This document shows positions 62,601 through 64,000 of a stretch of 64,000 nucleotides of DNA, in pieces. The translations under genes were made by a program, and so were the position numbers. Position 1 is the stretch's first letter, and the number at the start of each line of letters is the position of its first letter. The notes beneath the pieces were generated by a model. The model had not been told where the DNA came from, ran no database searches, and saw only the letters and a list, made by a program, of their open reading frames with translations. Origin of the DNA: Anaerolineales bacterium (GTDB lineage: Bacteria > Chloroflexota > Anaerolineae > Aggregatilineales > J027); NCBI GenBank assembly GCA_020634155.1, contig JACKCI010000001.1:907768-971767 (forward strand), written 5' to 3'.

Positions 62601-64000
62601 ACAAAGATAACCTCCAGCAAAGGTAAGCACATCCACCCTGCCAGCACCATCAATCCCCACCAAATGATGACCGTCAGCACTTGGTTGCGTTCATAGAAAC
62701 GGCTAAAGAGGTCTGACCATGTACCACCATCGCGCTGGGTGGCAAGTTGTTCGTCTGTAAATTGCAGAGCAGTTTGGCTCTTGGAAGCTGTTGGAGCATC
62801 CCATTTAATGCGATTAATGGGTTCAATCACATAAGGATCAGGGGCATCGTCCGCTGACCGGATATTGACCCCATCCAGAATAGCCGCTGCTTTTTCAGGT
62901 GTATATTCGGCAGTCTTCCGCAATAGAAACACTGCTGGATGGTCATAAACATGGAAGGCTTCTTCGGCCTCTAGTTCGTTGCGCCAATCGGGTAAATCGT
63001 CAGTGGGCAGCACTTGGTCTTGCCAATGGAAGGGGCCAAACTCCGGTTCAGCTACAAAAGTTCGAACCACTTCAAAGCCCAATTCACCTGAAAACAGCGC
63101 CTCATAATAACGGTTGGTCATCGGCCAGCGGGTAGGGATACGCGACTGCGAATCATAGAAGCGGTTGCTGCCCACCACCAGATAATCCATCTGGTTGAGT
63201 TGATCAAGCAGTTGGTCACGCTTCGAGACCTCATCCGGCCAGAACATATTCATCGTGATGCCGATGTAGTAGCCTGTGTAGAGATTTACGGCGGGAATAT
63301 ATAGTGTACACATACCCGACGGCAAGTCGTCACGATAGGACATGCCGATGGGTACTGGACAAACAGGCGTCGGCAATGGGTCATCCCAAGGGCCTTCCCA
63401 TGCCACTGCTGCACCGCCAATCCCAACCCAGTCATCGGGTGCAAAGGTCAAGGTATAGCGCTCACCCGCCTCAACTGAAAACGGTTCATCTAACTCCAGC
63501 CTGACTTCAGGGCCAAACACCAAATGCCCATCATCAACCGCGTTGAAGTCCCCCGTTGCCACCGCTTCGGCTGAAAGGCCAGAGGCCCCAGTGCGTCGAT
63601 CATCCTTCAAGATAACGCGCACCGTCTCAGGTGTGGTATCGCTGAGAGCATCACTAACATGCGGTATCACAATCTGGCGAATCGCCCCAGTTGCATTGGC
63701 AACAAATTCATAATCAGATTGAACGCTACCGCTGAAATACGCAATATCGCCCGAAGTCGTGGGGAGGGGAAAGGTCAACTCTTCAATATAGGGTTCGTCT
63801 GTCTCTAGCGTGCGGTAGAACATCGTGATATGCGAAAATCCAATGCCGCTACCGTCATTGGTGGCTAGGGTGACAGGGCCACCTTCTAAAACCTCGACTT
63901 CTAGCCAATAGGAAGCAACTGAATCACCAATCTCAATCGGTGGCTCAAACAAGACTGTGTACTCGGTACCCAGCGGGCCACCACCCCCTGCATTCAAGTC
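59603..64000 (-). CDS. Chlor_Arch_YYY (DUF2298) family integral membrane protein, larger paralog with about 450-aa N-terminal extracytoplasmic domain (5' partial; continues past window end)
   Basis: At least 1464 aa. The track 'Met' is a TTG at the window edge, with an in-frame codon before it, so the true start is beyond 64000. YYY motif [39 protein letters not shown]. The C-terminal domain is homologous to that of the 56447..59599 protein (TLDG...LLGW...YVVVG/YVIVG). Confidence 0.75.
   Translation of the reverse strand, partial: [1465 protein letters not shown]

Overview
64 kb of a bacterial chromosome, about 55% GC, gene-dense, with most genes on the minus strand. Several families present (Chlor_Arch_YYY/DUF2298 membrane proteins, Uma2-like nuclease, dispersed glgA/glgC/glgP) point to a Chloroflexota-like organism; this is an inference, not a database result. 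All protein identifications below are my own recognition of motifs in the supplied translations and in my own translation of the minus strand at the 5' edge; no searches were run.

Four regions stand out:
(i) 1-14.9 kb: a purine-catabolism cluster of the selenium-dependent molybdenum hydroxylase (SDMH) type. It carries xanthine dehydrogenase-like Mo and FAD/FeS subunits, the YqeB and YqeC maturation proteins (YqeC fused to a MocA-like nucleotidyltransferase), a YgeW-type knotted carbamoyltransferase, carbamate kinase, a YgeY-like M20 peptidase, a zinc-ribbon threonine-synthase-like PLP enzyme, a purine nucleoside phosphorylase and an FAD oxidase.
(ii) 15-45 kb: housekeeping and envelope genes. 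These are penicillin-acylase-family hydrolase, M50 site-2 protease, glgA, xth, rnhB, thiolase, a GH3 hydrolase, glgC, an EEP nuclease, a flippase-like protein, an SPFH/flotillin-like protein, tRNA-Gln, maeB, an orphan sensor kinase, a membrane-anchored SGNH hydrolase and glgP.
(iii) 45.9-48.2 kb: an unusual TIR-like/2TM/FHA protein. Next to it is an intact IS5-family element (IS427-like, two ORFs with a -1 frameshift site, 17-bp inverted repeats, 3-bp TGA duplication) that inserted into the 3' end of an FmdB-type zinc-ribbon gene.
(iv) 48.2-64 kb: an apparent >16-kb single-strand operon of four giant GT-C-like integral membrane proteins. Two are tandem Chlor_Arch_YYY paralogs and two belong to a companion family with a PMT-like N-terminus; one of those is fused to a six-bladed NHL beta-propeller. 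An ECF sigma/anti-sigma pair sits inside the operon. These families have no assigned function, so this is the best candidate for an undescribed envelope-glycosylation system.

No rRNA, CRISPR array or prophage was seen.
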